Shown: positions 1 to 12,129 of the stretch, piece after piece
Numbering within the stretch: the stretch's first letter is position 1
How the letters are laid out: every line of letters starts with the position of its first letter
Source of the DNA: Mobula birostris
Taxonomy: Eukaryota
Direction: 5' to 3'
Length of the DNA stretch: 64,000 nucleotides
Assembly: GCF_030028105.1 (NCBI RefSeq)
Contig: NC_092377.1
Span: 137,869,736-137,933,735, forward strand
Notes under the pieces: model-generated
What the model was told of the DNA's origin: nothing
The model's database searches: none
The model's input: only the letters and a program-made list of their open reading frames with translations
Translations under genes and position numbers: made by a program

Positions 1-66
1 CAAGTAAAACTTAGAAACAGAAAGAAGTTTTAATTTAAGTTTAAATTAACATACAACCAAACTTGA

Positions 67-400
67 TCCCACGCGCCTTGCACTTTGCCCTCACTGTTAA
101 TTCTGGTTGTAAGGGATTCGTAGCCCATTCTTTAGTTAGAGCCTTCAACATTTTGGGCATCGAGGGAGAAAGGAAGAGGAGAGCCATCCGCAGTACCACC
201 GATGCGGCAGAGAGGGTCTCAAGATGGCTGTGGCTCAAAAGAGGGGAGCTATGGAGTCATAAGTAGCTAGCCATCTGGACACAAGCTGGGGTCTGATCAG
301 CCCCGGCTGGGTCACCTAGAGGAGGTTGTATGATGTTGAAAGACCCAAAACACCCGATGATTCCAGGAACATCACTGAAGATGTGTCCAGAAGCATCAGT
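67..400 (+). mobile_element. 3' fragment of an RLE-type (R2 superfamily, HERO-like) non-LTR retrotransposon
   Basis: ORF 63-266 ends GCKGFVAHSL...AERVSRWLWLKRG, resembling the C-terminus of restriction-like-endonuclease LINEs, and is followed by a 3'UTR-like tract. Family recalled from memory, not searched. Confidence 0.55.
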
Positions 401-2935
401 AGATATATGTACACAGTTCCCAACATGTGTTCATATGATGAAATCTTCATCATTTCCTCAGTCCATTCCTTCACAGTGGGACATCTGGGTTTTTTCCAGT
501 TTTGCAATATAATTCTTGCAGCTGTGATGAGAACCACCTTTAAAATTGTGAACTTGTCATGCTTTACATTAGGTGTCATTGTCCTATCACCCAGGAGACA
601 AAGCCGTGGGCACAAGGGCAGTGTGGAACCTGACCAATTCCCCAACTTTACACCAAAATGGACGAACCATGGAACACTCCCAAATCATGTGAAAATATGT
701 GCCCACCTCATTTTTACATTTCCAGCATAAATTACTATCAACAATCCCCATTTTGTAGAGTCTAGTTGGTGACCAATAATATCTGTGTATTATCTTATAT
801 TGAATAAATTTCCCCCTCACTTCCCTAATATGTCTACCCACATTTGATAAAATATTTGATCACTCATTATCCTCAATATCGCTTCCAGGACCCTTCTGCC
901 ATACTGCTTTGAGATTGTTACACAGTTCACTCACAGAGTGCTTGGACATTTTATAAAACACTGGTGCTTTATGAACTCCCTGTGGTAATGTGAAGTACTC
1001 AGTTAAAGGGTTACTTTGTGAGTCACCGCACTTAAATATGCAACTAACGCAATGTCTTATTTGCAAATACTTCCAAAAATTCCCTTTATCTACAAAGTTA
1101 TATTTCCTCTGCAAATCCACATATGACATAAAAATCCCATTCTCATCGAGATCACCTACTGTATTTACACCTTTAATCTTCCATTCCTTCCAGTACACTA
1201 TTCTTTTCCCAATGCATATCTCAGGGTTATTCCAGAGCGAGGAGTATAACTGGTTTAAATGTGACATTCTGCAGGCTTTATGAATTGTACTCCACACACG
1301 CTTTGAGTGAGATAGTATAGGATTTAGGTTAGTCTTGTTTTCCACATGCTGTGAGAGGATGTTAAGGGGAGAATGTGGTGCAGCCAGGCTCCGTTCTGTA
1401 ATTACCCAATCTAAATCAGCATCAGCCCTGTCCCAATGTTTAGCTAACTTGGTCATTTCAAAGGATAATTTATATGCCCTGACATCTGGTAGACTGAGCC
1501 CACCCATGTCCCTGGACATACACATCTCACTCATTTTAATTCTGGGCTTCTTCTTATCCCATAGAAAATCACTGATAATTTTGTTGTATTGCTTGTAGAT
1601 CGAATCTGATATATTTAAAGGAAGCATCATAGAAAGATAGTTAAACCGAGGTGCTATCACCATTTTAACTACATTGACTTTACCCCAGAGTGACAGTCTC
1701 AGTGCCCCCCACCTATCCAGATTATTTCTTATCCTACTCAATAATGGGTCATAATTTAAAGTAATTATTTCATCCAAATTCTGACTGAGTTTGACCCCTA
1801 GATACTTCATTCCAACTGGCACCCATCTGAAATTAAACCGAGATACTGAATTTGAATAACACAATTTTGACGTTGGCATAGCCTCAGATTTATTGCAGTT
1901 GATTTTATAACCAGATACCTCAGAATATAATTGAATAGTTTTCATTAGTGGGGGTAAGGAATTAGGAGGGTCACTAATCAGTAATAAAATGTCATCAGCA
2001 TATAGCATCAGCTTATGCTCCTTTCCACCTCCCTTCTCCCCTTTAATATCTCAATCTACTCTAATCATGATTGCCAACGGTTCCAAAAAAAATCGTAAAT
2101 AACAGTGGGGAGAGGGGGCAGCCTTGGCGTGTACCCCATGAGATGTTGAAAAATGGGGATATGATACCATTTGTAATAACTGCAGCTTTAGGGTTTTTAT
2201 TCAAAATACTAATCTATGATTTAAAGATAGAGCCAACCCAAAGAATGACAAGACTGTGGTTAAAAATCTCCACTTAACCCTGTCAAAGGCCCTTTCGGCA
2301 TCCAGGGAGATGGAATTAACTGGGATATTACTTGCAGAGTTCAGCCATATTAAGTGCAGTAATCTCCTTAAATTGTCAGTTGGGGATCTGCCTTTAATGA
2401 AGCCAACCTGGTCAGTATTAATTATAGATGGCAATACTTTCTCCAATCGTGAAGCCAGTATTTTAGTCAGTATCTTACAGTCCACATTAATTAAGCTTAT
2501 ATGCCTGTAATTGGAAGGATCTATTGCATCCCTGCCTTTTTTTTGGGATCAACGATATTGATGTTTCATTAAATGTATTAGGTAAAGATTACAAATTAAA
2601 TGCTTCTGAATAGATTTTTGTTAGAATAGGAGCAATATGCCCAGAAATTTCTTATAATATTCAACTGGGAAGCAATCCATACTTGGCGACTTCCCTATTT
2701 TCATAGCCACAATAGCCCGTCTGATCTCATCCCCAGTAATTGGGGCATCCAAGGACTCAGCTTGTTGTGGGGATAATGTAGGCAATTTTATGTTGCAAAA
2801 AACTGATTCAGCTCCTCCTGGTCATGGTTAAACGATGATGCATATAAATGTTCATAGAACTGTTGAAAGACTTTGTTTATTTCTTTAGATGATGACACTA
2901 ATGATTTTGAAGTTTATTAATTACTTTTGAGGGGA
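400..2935 (-). mobile_element. L1-clade LINE, 5'-truncated ORF2 (RT plus C-terminal CCHC-like region), disrupted
   Basis: ORF 2201-2485 (DQVGFIKGR, SLDAERAFDRV), ORF 860-2008 (LYADD, GYKIN..KSE, YLGV) and ORF 587-841 (CWKC...TYFHMIWEC) are collinear pieces of L1 ORF2. Confidence 0.9.
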
Positions 2936-3099
2936 TGATGGTAGTGAATGTTGAGCTGTATTTGATAAAGAGCATCCTGATGTATGCATCATTGCTGTCC
3001 AGGTGTTCCAGGGTTAAGTGAGATGGCAAGTGCTGTGGACCTGTTGTGGACCGGTTAACATTTGGCAATTTAAAGTATTTTCCAGCATTTTCTGTTGTG

Positions 3100-3960
3100 T
3101 TATTAGTAATATAGATATGAGAGGATGAGGTGTGATTAAGTTAATGTACAGATCATGCAAACATTGGTGGTGTTGTTGAAGGTGAGTCTCAAACCACAGG
3201 ATGATGTTAATCAGTTAGTAAGAAGGGCAGGATATTTGCAGATGGTACTTAATCCTGGTCAGTACAAATTGATGCACTAAGGGGTGTGATGCACATACAT
3301 AATGAATGGTTGGAGTATTGGGGAACAGAGGGACCCTGGGGTACAAGTCCCATGATCCCCAGAGTTGGTAGCACAGTTAGATAAGGTGGTGAGAAAGGAA
3401 AATGGGAATATGTCTTCAATAACAGGGAGGTTATGGCATTACTTTATAAACATTGGTTAGGACTATGGAGTTCTTTTATCTCTTTCACCAATCAACTTCC
3501 CAGCTCTTTACCTCACCCCTCTCCCTCCCCTAGTTTCACCTACCACCTCGTATGTCTTCCTCCTTCTTACTCTGACCTCTAATCTCTTTCTTCCAGTCCT
3601 GCTGAAGGGTCTTGGCCAGAAACATTGACTGTTTACTCCTTTCCATAGACGCTGCCTGACCTGCTGAGTTTCTCCAGCATTTTGTGTGTGTTACTTTGAT
3701 TTCCAGCATCGGCAGACTTTCTCTTGTTAATGTAATATTCTGGTTGCCACACTACAGAAAGGTATTGGAGAAGGTGCAGATGGTGCTGTTACAATCCACC
3801 AGAATGCTGCCTGGGATGGGTTGTCTCAATGAAGAGGAGGGGAATGGTTTGCTTTCCTTGGAGCAGTGCGGATGGAAAGATACACAATTATGAGGAGCAA
3901 TTCGGGTAGATGGTTGGAAACTTTTTTCCCATAACAGAAATTTCTAAAACTAGAGGGCAT
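3100..3960 (+). mobile_element. Decayed CR1 LINE 3' region, interrupted by a Penelope terminal-repeat fragment
   Basis: CR1-like peptide PHYRKVLEKVQ...TRMLPG (ORF 3684-3893) with CR1-type DNA on both sides. Confidence 0.6.
3470..3725 (+). mobile_element. Penelope-like pseudo-LTR (pLTR) fragment with a degenerate hammerhead motif
   Basis: Pyrimidine tract, then cagtc-ctgctga-agggtcttggcca-gaaac-att-gactg and the gctgcctgacctgctgagtt tail shared with the Penelope copies at 17555 and 27462. Confidence 0.7.
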
Positions 3961-3964
3961 ACTT

Positions 3965-4272
3965 AGATTAGATTAGGTTAGCTTTACTTGTCATGTGTAC
4001 GTTGAAACAATGAAACACACATTATTTGTAAAGTTCATTATTTGCGTTGATGACCGACATAGTCCTCAAATGCAGCCATGCTTCACCACCAACATAGCAT
4101 GCCCACAACTTACTAACCCTAACTCATGCACCTTTGCAATGTGGGAGAAAGCTCAAGTATCAGGAAGAAACCCACACGGTCAAATTCTTTACAGACAGTG
4201 GCGGAAGTTGAACCCCAATCAATTTCTGGCACTGTAAAGCATTACAGTAACTGCTATGATACTGTGCTGCCC
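3965..4272 (-). mobile_element. tRNA-derived V-SINE (HE1-like)
   Basis: Reverse strand shows a tRNA-like head followed by a tgtgggtttcttcc...tttctcccaca V-domain-like core. Related copies lie at 36590, 39230 and 41395. Confidence 0.6.
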
Positions 4273-4599
4273 TGTTCTATGTTTAGAGTATATGGTAATG
4301 ATTTGAAAGAATCTAAGCAAGTATCTTTTCATTCAGCGGTTGGTTGCAATCCAGTTTCAAGGCGACGTACTGAGTGCATGTCGGTGGTTAGTGACTCGGT
4401 GGTCAGCATGAACGTGATGGGCCAAATGTCCTGTCACTGTGCCGTATGACTGAGCAATAGAAAGGAACATTGGAAGTAACACAGTGGAACAGGTAAATAT
4501 AAGGTCCAGAGGTTCTTGGGTGTTGATAGCTCTACTTCTGTTATTTGCCTAAGGTCCTGAGGTTTTTAGGCAAGTTACGGAAGCAGAGCCATCAACTAA

Positions 4600-5110
4600 G
4601 CATCAGCACAAGATGTTCTGCAGATGTTGGAAAATGCTGGAGGAGCAGGTTTGGCAGCAACTATGGAGAGACATAAGGAGTTGACGTTTCGTGCCCCGAT
4701 CTTTCGTCAGGACAGGAAAGGAAGGGGGAAGCCAGAGTAGGAAGGTGGGTGGAGGGGAAGGGGTACAAGCTGGAAGGTAATGGGTGAAGCCAGGTGTGTG
4801 GGGGGAGTAGGTGGGAGGGGGAGGGAGGACGAAGTGAGAAGCTGGGAGGTGATAGGTGGAAAAGGCTGAAGAAAGGGGAACCTAACAGGAGAGGACAGTG
4901 AACCATGGGAGAAAGGGAAGGAAGAGGGGCACCAGAGGGGGTGATAGGCAGGTGAAGAAAAGAGAAGGGTTTAAGAGGGGAGCCAGAACGGGAAATGGAA
5001 GAGAGGGAAAAGGGATGAGAAATTACCAGAAGTTGGAGAAATCATGGTTTTGTCGTCAGGTTGGAAGCTACCCAAATGGAATGTGAAGTGTTGCTCCTCC
5101 AACCACAGGG
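4600..5110 (-). mobile_element. Penelope-like 3' end / pLTR fragment
   Basis: Antisense copy of the GIY-YIG 3' end (ttggaagctaccca...), a purine tract and an antisense ctgacga...gaaacgtc hammerhead motif at about 4680-4715. Confidence 0.7.
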
Positions 5111-5354
5111 TGTTTGTAAGGATGCTTCTCAGTTTGGAGACCCATGACAAGTGCCTCAGGGGTTGGTGCTGTTTCTACTGTTGTTAATCATTCTGTAGCA
5201 AAAGCCTGGATAAGGATGGACAAGGCATGGCTAGCAAGTTTGCAGATGACACCAAAATGGGTGGACAATAGAGAAGGTTATCAAAAATTACAAGGGGATC
5301 TTGATCAGCTGAGTAAATGGACTGAAGAATGGCAGGTGGAGTTTAATTCAAATG

Positions 5355-6415
5355 CCATCTATAAATTTGCTGATGATACAATCATTGCTGGTAGAATTTC
5401 AGATGGTGTCAAAAGGGCATACAGGAACAAGATATACCAGTTAGTTAAATGGTAACTCAGCAACAAACTTGCACTTATTGTCACTAAGACCAAAGAGCTG
5501 ATTGTGTACTTCAGGAAGGGTAGATGAGGGAACACAAACCAATCTAACATTAACTACTTACTAAACACTAACTTTAAGAGCTCTATCCATCTCTTTTTTG
5601 AAAACATCCAGAGACTTGGCCTCCACAGCCTTCTGGGGCAGAGCATTCCATATATCCACCACTCTCTGGGTGAAAAAGTTTTTCCTCAACTCTGTTCTAA
5701 ATGGCCTACCCCCAATTCTTAAACCGTGGCCTCTGGTTCTGGACTCACCCATCAGCGGGAACATGCTTCCTGCCTGCAGCGTGTCCAATCCCTTAATAAT
5801 CTTATATGTTTCAATAAGATTCCCTCTCAGCCTTCTAAATTCCAGAGTATACAAGCCCAGTCGCTCCAATCTTTCGACATATGACAGTCCCGCCATCCCG
5901 GGAATTAACCTTGTGAACCTACGCTGCACTCCCTCAATAGCAAGAATGTCCTTCCTCAAATTTGAAGACCAAAACTGTACACGATACTCCAGGTGTGGTC
6001 TCACCAGGGCCCTGTACAACTGCAGAAGGACCTCTTTGCTCTTATACTCAATTCCTCTTGTTATGAAGGCCAGCATGCCATTAGCTTTCTTCACTGCCTG
6101 CTGTACATTAACCCTGATTCTGATTCTGATCTACAGACTCACTTTCAGAGACTCAACAACTCGTTTTCTTACCATTTCTTTATTATTTGTTTATTCAGTG
6201 GTCTATCCATCTGTCTATTTATTTGTTTGTTGGTTTATTTATGTTTCTTATTTGCACAAATTGGCTTATTTTGGCTGTTTATCAGTCTTTGTTTATGTTT
6301 TTCATCAATTCTGTTGTATTTTTTCACTTTCCTGTAAATGCCTGCCAGAAAATGAATCTCAGGGTAGTATATGGTGTCATATACACTAAGTAGCTTTATA
6401 ATAAATTTTCTTTGA
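5355..6415 (+). mobile_element. Rex/Babar LINE fragments split by a CR1 insertion
   Basis: IYKFADDTIIAGRISDG...KTKELIV at 5355-5540, and a Rex-type 3' tail (aagaaaatgaatctcagggtagtatatgg) at 6130-6415. Confidence 0.6.
5552..6105 (-). mobile_element. CR1 LINE 3' end
   Basis: ORF 5561-6094: KANGMLAFI...LVRPHLEY.VQFW...FTQRVVDIWNALP, the canonical CR1 ORF2 C-terminus. Confidence 0.9.
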
Positions 6416-6439
6416 CCTCGACCTTAAAAGTTAGGAGGT

Positions 6440-6907
6440 CACGGTGCAGATATACGGAACATTAGTGATGCAGCCCTTGGAGTATCGTGTCCAGTTTTGA
6501 TCACCCTGCTATAGGAAATGATCTTAGTAAACTTGAAAGAGTGTGGAAAAGGTTTCCAAGGATGTTGCCAAGGCTTAAGGGGCTGAGTTATAGGGAGAGA
6601 TTGGACTGGCTAGACCTTTATTCCATACACCACAGTTGAATGAGAGATGATCTTATAGAAATCAGAAGGGGCACAGGTAGGGTGAATGGTCTCAGCCTTT
6701 TCTGCAAGGTTGGGGAATCAAGAACCAAAGGCAAAGGCTTAAGGTGAAAGGGAAAAGATTTAATAGGAACTTGAAGGGCAATGCTTTTACAGAATGGGTG
6801 GTATGTACTGCATGTGGAATGTGTACTGCCAGTGGGTGTGGTTGAGCAGGTACAATGACAATTGGACTGGTACGTGGATTGGAAAGCTTTAGAAGGTTAT
6901 TAGGCAA
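6440..6907 (+). mobile_element. CR1 3' end; host of the L1 insertion, resuming at 9496-9530
   Basis: CR1-like DNA (ttggagtatcgtgtccagttttgatcaccctgctatagg...). The sequence agaaggttattaggcaa continues as atgctggcaaatggg after the L1. Confidence 0.75.
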
Positions 6908-9495
6908 GAAATATCAATCCTCGTTCACCAAGAGAATGGCAGCGTAGGAAAAGGTCTCTCGACAAAAAAGAACATAAACTGCCCGAAAGTCGAAATTAGA
7001 CAAATATTTAGTATTATATAACTATATCAATAAAAGGGGCAAGGATGGAGTCTAAGTACAAGAATAAAAAGTCCGCTCAGAAGGCTGATAGATGTAAAAA
7101 GATGCAGCAAGACGAGGGGCCTAGCTCCCCCACGGCTAGCCAGGACGGAGATAATGTGGAAGAATCGGTGAATCTGACTTTGATTCTTAGACAGATTCAT
7201 GATTTCCGACAAGATATCAACAAACAACTGGAAGATATTAAAGGAGAAATAGGAAAAACTAATCTGAGGTTAGATGAAGCCGAAGCGATGATTGTAGGGA
7301 CCGAGGAGAGGCTGCAAAACACAGGGGGAGTGATAGGAGAAGTGCTGAAGCTACAAGAGCAGCTCCAGTGGAAGCTAATAGGCCAAGAAGTCCGCTCAAG
7401 AAGGGAAAATGTGAGGATCTACGGAGTTCCCGAAGGAGCTGAAGGTAAACCCGGATTGATGATTCCCTTCGTGGAGAAGCTGCTCAGAGAGAACCTTTAT
7501 ATACCGGACGCAAAAGACCTACAGATAGAAAGGGCCCACCGCACGTTGGCATCACAACCCCTGGCAGGTGCCCAGCCCAGATCGATTTTAGTCAGATTTC
7601 TCAGTTACAGAACGAAGGAAGAAGTGCTTAAACTGGCATGGTAAAAGAAAGGCTTTATGTGGAACAACTGTAAAATCAGATTAGACCACAATTACACACC
7701 AGGAATCCTTGTCAGACAGAAGGAATATACGGAAACACGGAGGGTCCTGAAGAAAATCAACATCAGATTTCAGACCCTGTATCCAGCTCGGCTAAGAGTC
7801 TTTTACGATGAAGGGACAAAAACCTACGCTACAGTGGAGGAGGCAACGTCGGATCTGGCGGTTCGGGGACCACCCATAAAAGTTATCACCCAAACGGAGT
7901 CGTTACTGGAGAAGATTCGGCAGTGGACATGGCAGCCAGTGCGGCAAGGCTGCTCCACTGGAACCAGAGTGCCAAGCTATAAGGAAAAGCTGCAAGTATT
8001 CAGACGCAAACGTACAGAGAGTGTAGAATAATTGAGAAATGTCTAAAAAGAGTAAATCGTATTTAAAGGTAAAATGAAAGCTGATAATTGAAAATAATGT
8101 AGACGGAATAACTTGAATGATAGCAATATGGTTGAGACATAAAAAGGAAGGAATTCTCTATGGCTGTTCACACTGCGGAGGGCCCTCTAACACAAACTGG
8201 GGATAGGGGTTATCCCACTGATCTGAGGCGGGTCAGTGCTCAGGCCTCACTGTTGGAAGTCGGGAAAAATTTTCAAATGTTCTTTGTTCAAAAATGCCTA
8301 GGGTTTGGTTTTATGTTCTGGTTTACTGTTGAGAAGGGATTGCTTACTGTTGGTTTAGAAAAGGAGAGTGTTTTTTTCTCTATCAGAGAAAAATGCAAAT
8401 TGAACTGGTAAAAATAATTTCCTATAATGTAAATGGGGTTTTGAATCCAATTAAGAGAAATAAGATTATGTCTAAATTGAAAAAAGAGAGGGCATGAATA
8501 GCTTTCCTTCAGGAAACGCACATGAGCCAATCCGAACATGAAAAATTAAAAAGAATGGGCTTTAAGCACGTATTTTATTCATCATATAAATTGGGCCACA
8601 AAAGAGGTGTAGCTACTTTAATATCAAGTGCTCTTAATTATGACATGTTGGAGAAAGTGTGGCTCCAAGGAGGCAAATGATTTCCATATTTTTTGGGATT
8701 GCCCTAAATTAAGTTTATATTGGGAAGGTATTCACAGAACATTAGTTAAGGTATTTAAGACTCAGATACCTCTGAACTTTGAGACTCTCAACTTGGGGCA
8801 TGTATTGTTTTTGGAACGGAAGAAAGATATAAAGCTGCTGCAGGCCCTTTTAGCAGCAAGTAAGAAATCAATCACCAGAAAGTGGTTAAATCCAACATCA
8901 CCTACATTAGAAGATTGGCAGGAAATCATTTTGGAAAGATTTAAAATGGAAAAGATGACCTACTCTCTGAGAATTCAAAAGGAAAAATTTTATCAAATTT
9001 CGAATAAATGGTCTGAATTTATAACCCCAGAGCAAGCAGACTTTAGATGACTCTCCTAATGGTTTATACTGTTTGTCTCACCAACATAGTAATAGTGTTA
9101 ACGTAAGCACCCTTGGCTCGAATGTTTACTGTTCTTTTTTTTGGAAAATGTGGAATTAACACAAGTAAAGAAAAGATCTGGGGAAATTTTGGACCAGAAA
9201 GAAATGGACCAGAAGAGATTCATGGAAATTAGTATTTGACCACTATTATTAATATTTTTATAACAACTTTAATCATCATTTAGTTTAATAGAGTGGAATT
9301 ACAATTGCACATAAACATCTATTTGAGTGCCTATTTATTTTCTATATTATCTCAATGTGCACTTGTGAACGTACAAATTAATAAAGATTTACTCACATAA
9401 AAAATGGAAAAGGTTATATATGTAAAAAAAGTTTGTGTATTACTTGTGAATACCTTATCCAAATAAAAATAAAAATTTTAAAAAAGGGGAAAAAA
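6908..9495 (+). mobile_element. L1-clade element with both ends and a 17-bp TSD; ORF1 retained, most of ORF2 deleted
   Basis: TSD agaaggttattaggcaa at 6891-6907 and 9496-9512. ORF1p-like frames 7045-7644 and 7657-8031 (SRRENVRIYGVPEG, IERAHR, ILVRF, YPARLR). An APE N-terminus (SYNVNG..NPIKR, FLQETH) at about 8420-8640 is joined directly to the C-terminal CWRKC...HIFWDC region (8628-9050). A-rich tail present. Confidence 0.9.
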
Positions 9496-9534
9496 GAAGG
9501 TTATTAGGCAAATGCTGGCAAATGGGACTGTGCC

Positions 9535-10330
9535 TGATCCGTTTTGCTCATTTTTGTGCGGGAGGAGGATCTGGGGGGTTGATGTGCCTGTTCTGTTTTT
9601 GTTCATTTTTTTGTACGGGGAGGGGGGATTTTGGGGGTAGATGATCATGCTTCCTAGTAAATGAACCTTTGAGCCTTGGAGACACTCATCAGGACTGTTC
9701 TGGGCCTGAAACATCAACTGTTTATCCCCATCCGCAGATGCTGCCTAACCTGCCGAGCTCCTCTGGCACATTGTGCGTCATGCACTTTATTATCTGCCTG
9801 CTCTGCACCTCCTTTGCTACTGTAATACTTTATTCTGCGTGTTATACCACCTCAGTACACGGATGTAATAAAGTGATCTGTATGAATGGCATGGAAAACA
9901 AAGATTTTCACTGTACCATGGTATATATATGACAATTATATCCAGTTAAATCCCGTTTCTTACCATGTTTGTATCTTAAATCTCTTCATCTTTCAAACAA
10001 TCACATTGTTTTCTTTTTGACTTACATTCTTTCTTCTGATAGGAGGGATTTCGTGGTCAATGTACCTGTTCTGATTTTGTTTATTTTTTTGAGCGGGAGG
10101 AGGGATTTGAGGGTCATGTGCATGTTCCATTTTTGCTTGCATTTTTTTGTGGGGAGATGGGATTTGGGAGTTGATGTGCCTGTATCACTATTATTTGTTT
10201 TTTTGTACGGGGAGGGGGGATTTTGGGGGTTGATGATTGTGCTGCCTTTCTTTTTCCTTCTTGATTTCATGGCTGGCTGGAGAAGAAGAATTTCAAGTTG
10301 TATACTTTGATAATAAATGAATCTTTAGTA
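9535..10330 (+). repeat. Two copies of a LINE-3'UTR-like sequence with degenerate 52-59 bp internal tandem units
   Basis: Repeated units of ggagggatttgggggttgatgtgcctgttctg...ttttttgt at about 9555-9650 and 10040-10240, each copy ending in a taaatgaa tail. Confidence 0.45.
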
Positions 10331-10749
10331 TTTCCTCATTCCTGCCGTACATTTGAAGTCACAAGGCCATCTGCTCTGAACTTGTTGCTCAGGATGGCTC
10401 TAATTCTCACTGTTGCATCATTTGGTGTCTATGGTTACACCATTGTCACAGTGTCACAGCTGAGATCGGTGGGACTGTCAAGGGATCTTTGAGGCTTTTG
10501 AACTGCCATCATGTTGCAATATTAGTTCTTTCTCGAATCATCCAACTCAGTCTGCATGTGATTCAGGCCACTCATTATTCAGTAAGACTCAGGACCCTTG
10601 TACACACTCTGCTCTTCCTCATCACTCACATGGCATCATGTGTCCCAGATGACTTTTAGAGCATGCCTACACTGAGCCATTTGCTTCCACTTCGTCTGTG
10701 GGTCTTCTAAAAGCACAGTCTGAGGCAATAGTGAACTCACGGTTACAGT

Positions 10750-11290
10750 CAAGTCAAGTCAAGTTTATTGTCATTTAACTATATACATCTGTTTACCATC
10801 AATGGTTTCTGCGGACCAGGGCATAAAGCACAATATTACACATAACACACATGTAACACACAATAACTTAGGAAAGCTAGGATAACATCTACAGCTGAAT
10901 GAGGCATAAATAAGCTAAGTAAAGTGCATAAATTAAATATTGCAAGGTACAGAACAGATTAACTTCTGATACAATGAGGCAGGGAGTTCAGACGCCTAAT
11001 GGCCTGAAGGAAGAAACTGTTTCCCATGCTGACCGTTCTTGATTTTATGCATCAGAGTTTCCCAGCTGATGGTGGAAAGTCAAAGAGGATGGTGGTGGAG
11101 GGGGGGGGGGGGCGGCGGATGGAGCCTTGATAATACTAAGGGCCCTGCGTATGGAGAGCTCCTGATAAATACCCCCGCTGCATGGTAAGGAGACCCCAGT
11201 GATGCTGTCAGCCGTGCTCACAGCCCTTTGTAGGGACTTCTAGTCTCATGCTCGGCTGTTCCTACACCAGATGGAAATCCAACTTGATGA
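10750..11290 (-). mobile_element. Rex/Babar LINE 3' end
   Basis: (aagtc)n tail, plus antisense of the GNSFF..AIRLLN region (ggagttcagacgcctaatggcctgaaggaagaaactgtttccca). Confidence 0.65.
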
Positions 11291-11523
11291 GGATCAAGGG
11301 GGGTGCTGTAGTAGTCTGGTGGACTGACCCCCTACCTTGCTGAGGCCAGGCAACAACTCTCAGACACCTCCTCTTACTTACCCCCGGAACAGGATCCCAC
11401 TAGGGAGCACCAGGCCCTTTTCACCCACACCTTATTAACTCTGGGGATCTCCCATCCACTGCCACCAATCTCAGCGTTCCCTTACCTCGCACCTCCTGTT
11501 TCTACCGCCTACCCAAGATCCAC

Positions 11524-11847
11524 GAATACAAAATACTCTGCAGATGCTGGGGTCAAAGCAACACTCACAACACGCTGGAGGAACTCAGCAGGTCAGACAG
11601 TTGTCAACTCATCATTTCCATGGATGACTGACGAAGGGTTCTGGCCCAAAATGTCAGCTCATCGTTTCCACTGATGCACCTGGAACCTACCAGCCTTCTC
11701 CTTCCCACCCTCCCCCCACCTTCTTTATAGGGCCTCTGCCCCTTCCCTCTTCAGTCCTGACGAAGGGTTCCAGCCCAAAACATCAACTCATCGTTTCCAC
11801 AGACGCTGCCCGACCTGCTGAGTTCCTCCAGCATGTTGTGAGTGTTG
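11524..11847 (+). mobile_element. 324-bp non-coding Penelope-derived insert with two tandem hammerhead motifs, inverted ends and an 11-bp TSD
   Basis: TSD ccaagatccac at 11513-11523 and 11848-11858. CTGACGA cores at 11628 and 11757. About 43-bp inverted repeat between 11558-11600 and the 3' end. Confidence 0.8.
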
Positions 11848-12129
11848 CCAAGATCCACAAAACTGCCTGTCTAAGTAGACTCATTACTTCAGCTTGTTCC
11901 TGCCCCACTGAACTTATATCTGCATACCTCGACTCTGTTTTATCCCCGCAGATCAGTTCCTTCCTACCTACACCCGAGACACTTCACACACTCTGGATCT
12001 TTTCAATGATTTCAAGTTCCCTGGCCCCCTTCATCTTATTTTTACTATGGATGTCCAGTCCCTATACACCTCCATCCCCACCAGGAAGGCCTCAAAGCTC
12101 TCCATTTCTTTCTAGATAACATACCCAAC

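Noticed and set aside
320-400. Hammerhead-like words (aaaacac...ctgaaga) in the RLE-LINE 3'UTR
   Set aside because: I could not form helix III or a cleavage triplet in the required order.
11099-11112. Poly-G run and short (TG)n tracts (about 43674-43690 and 54835-54860)
   Set aside because: Ordinary simple repeats; homopolymer length is also unreliable in assemblies.
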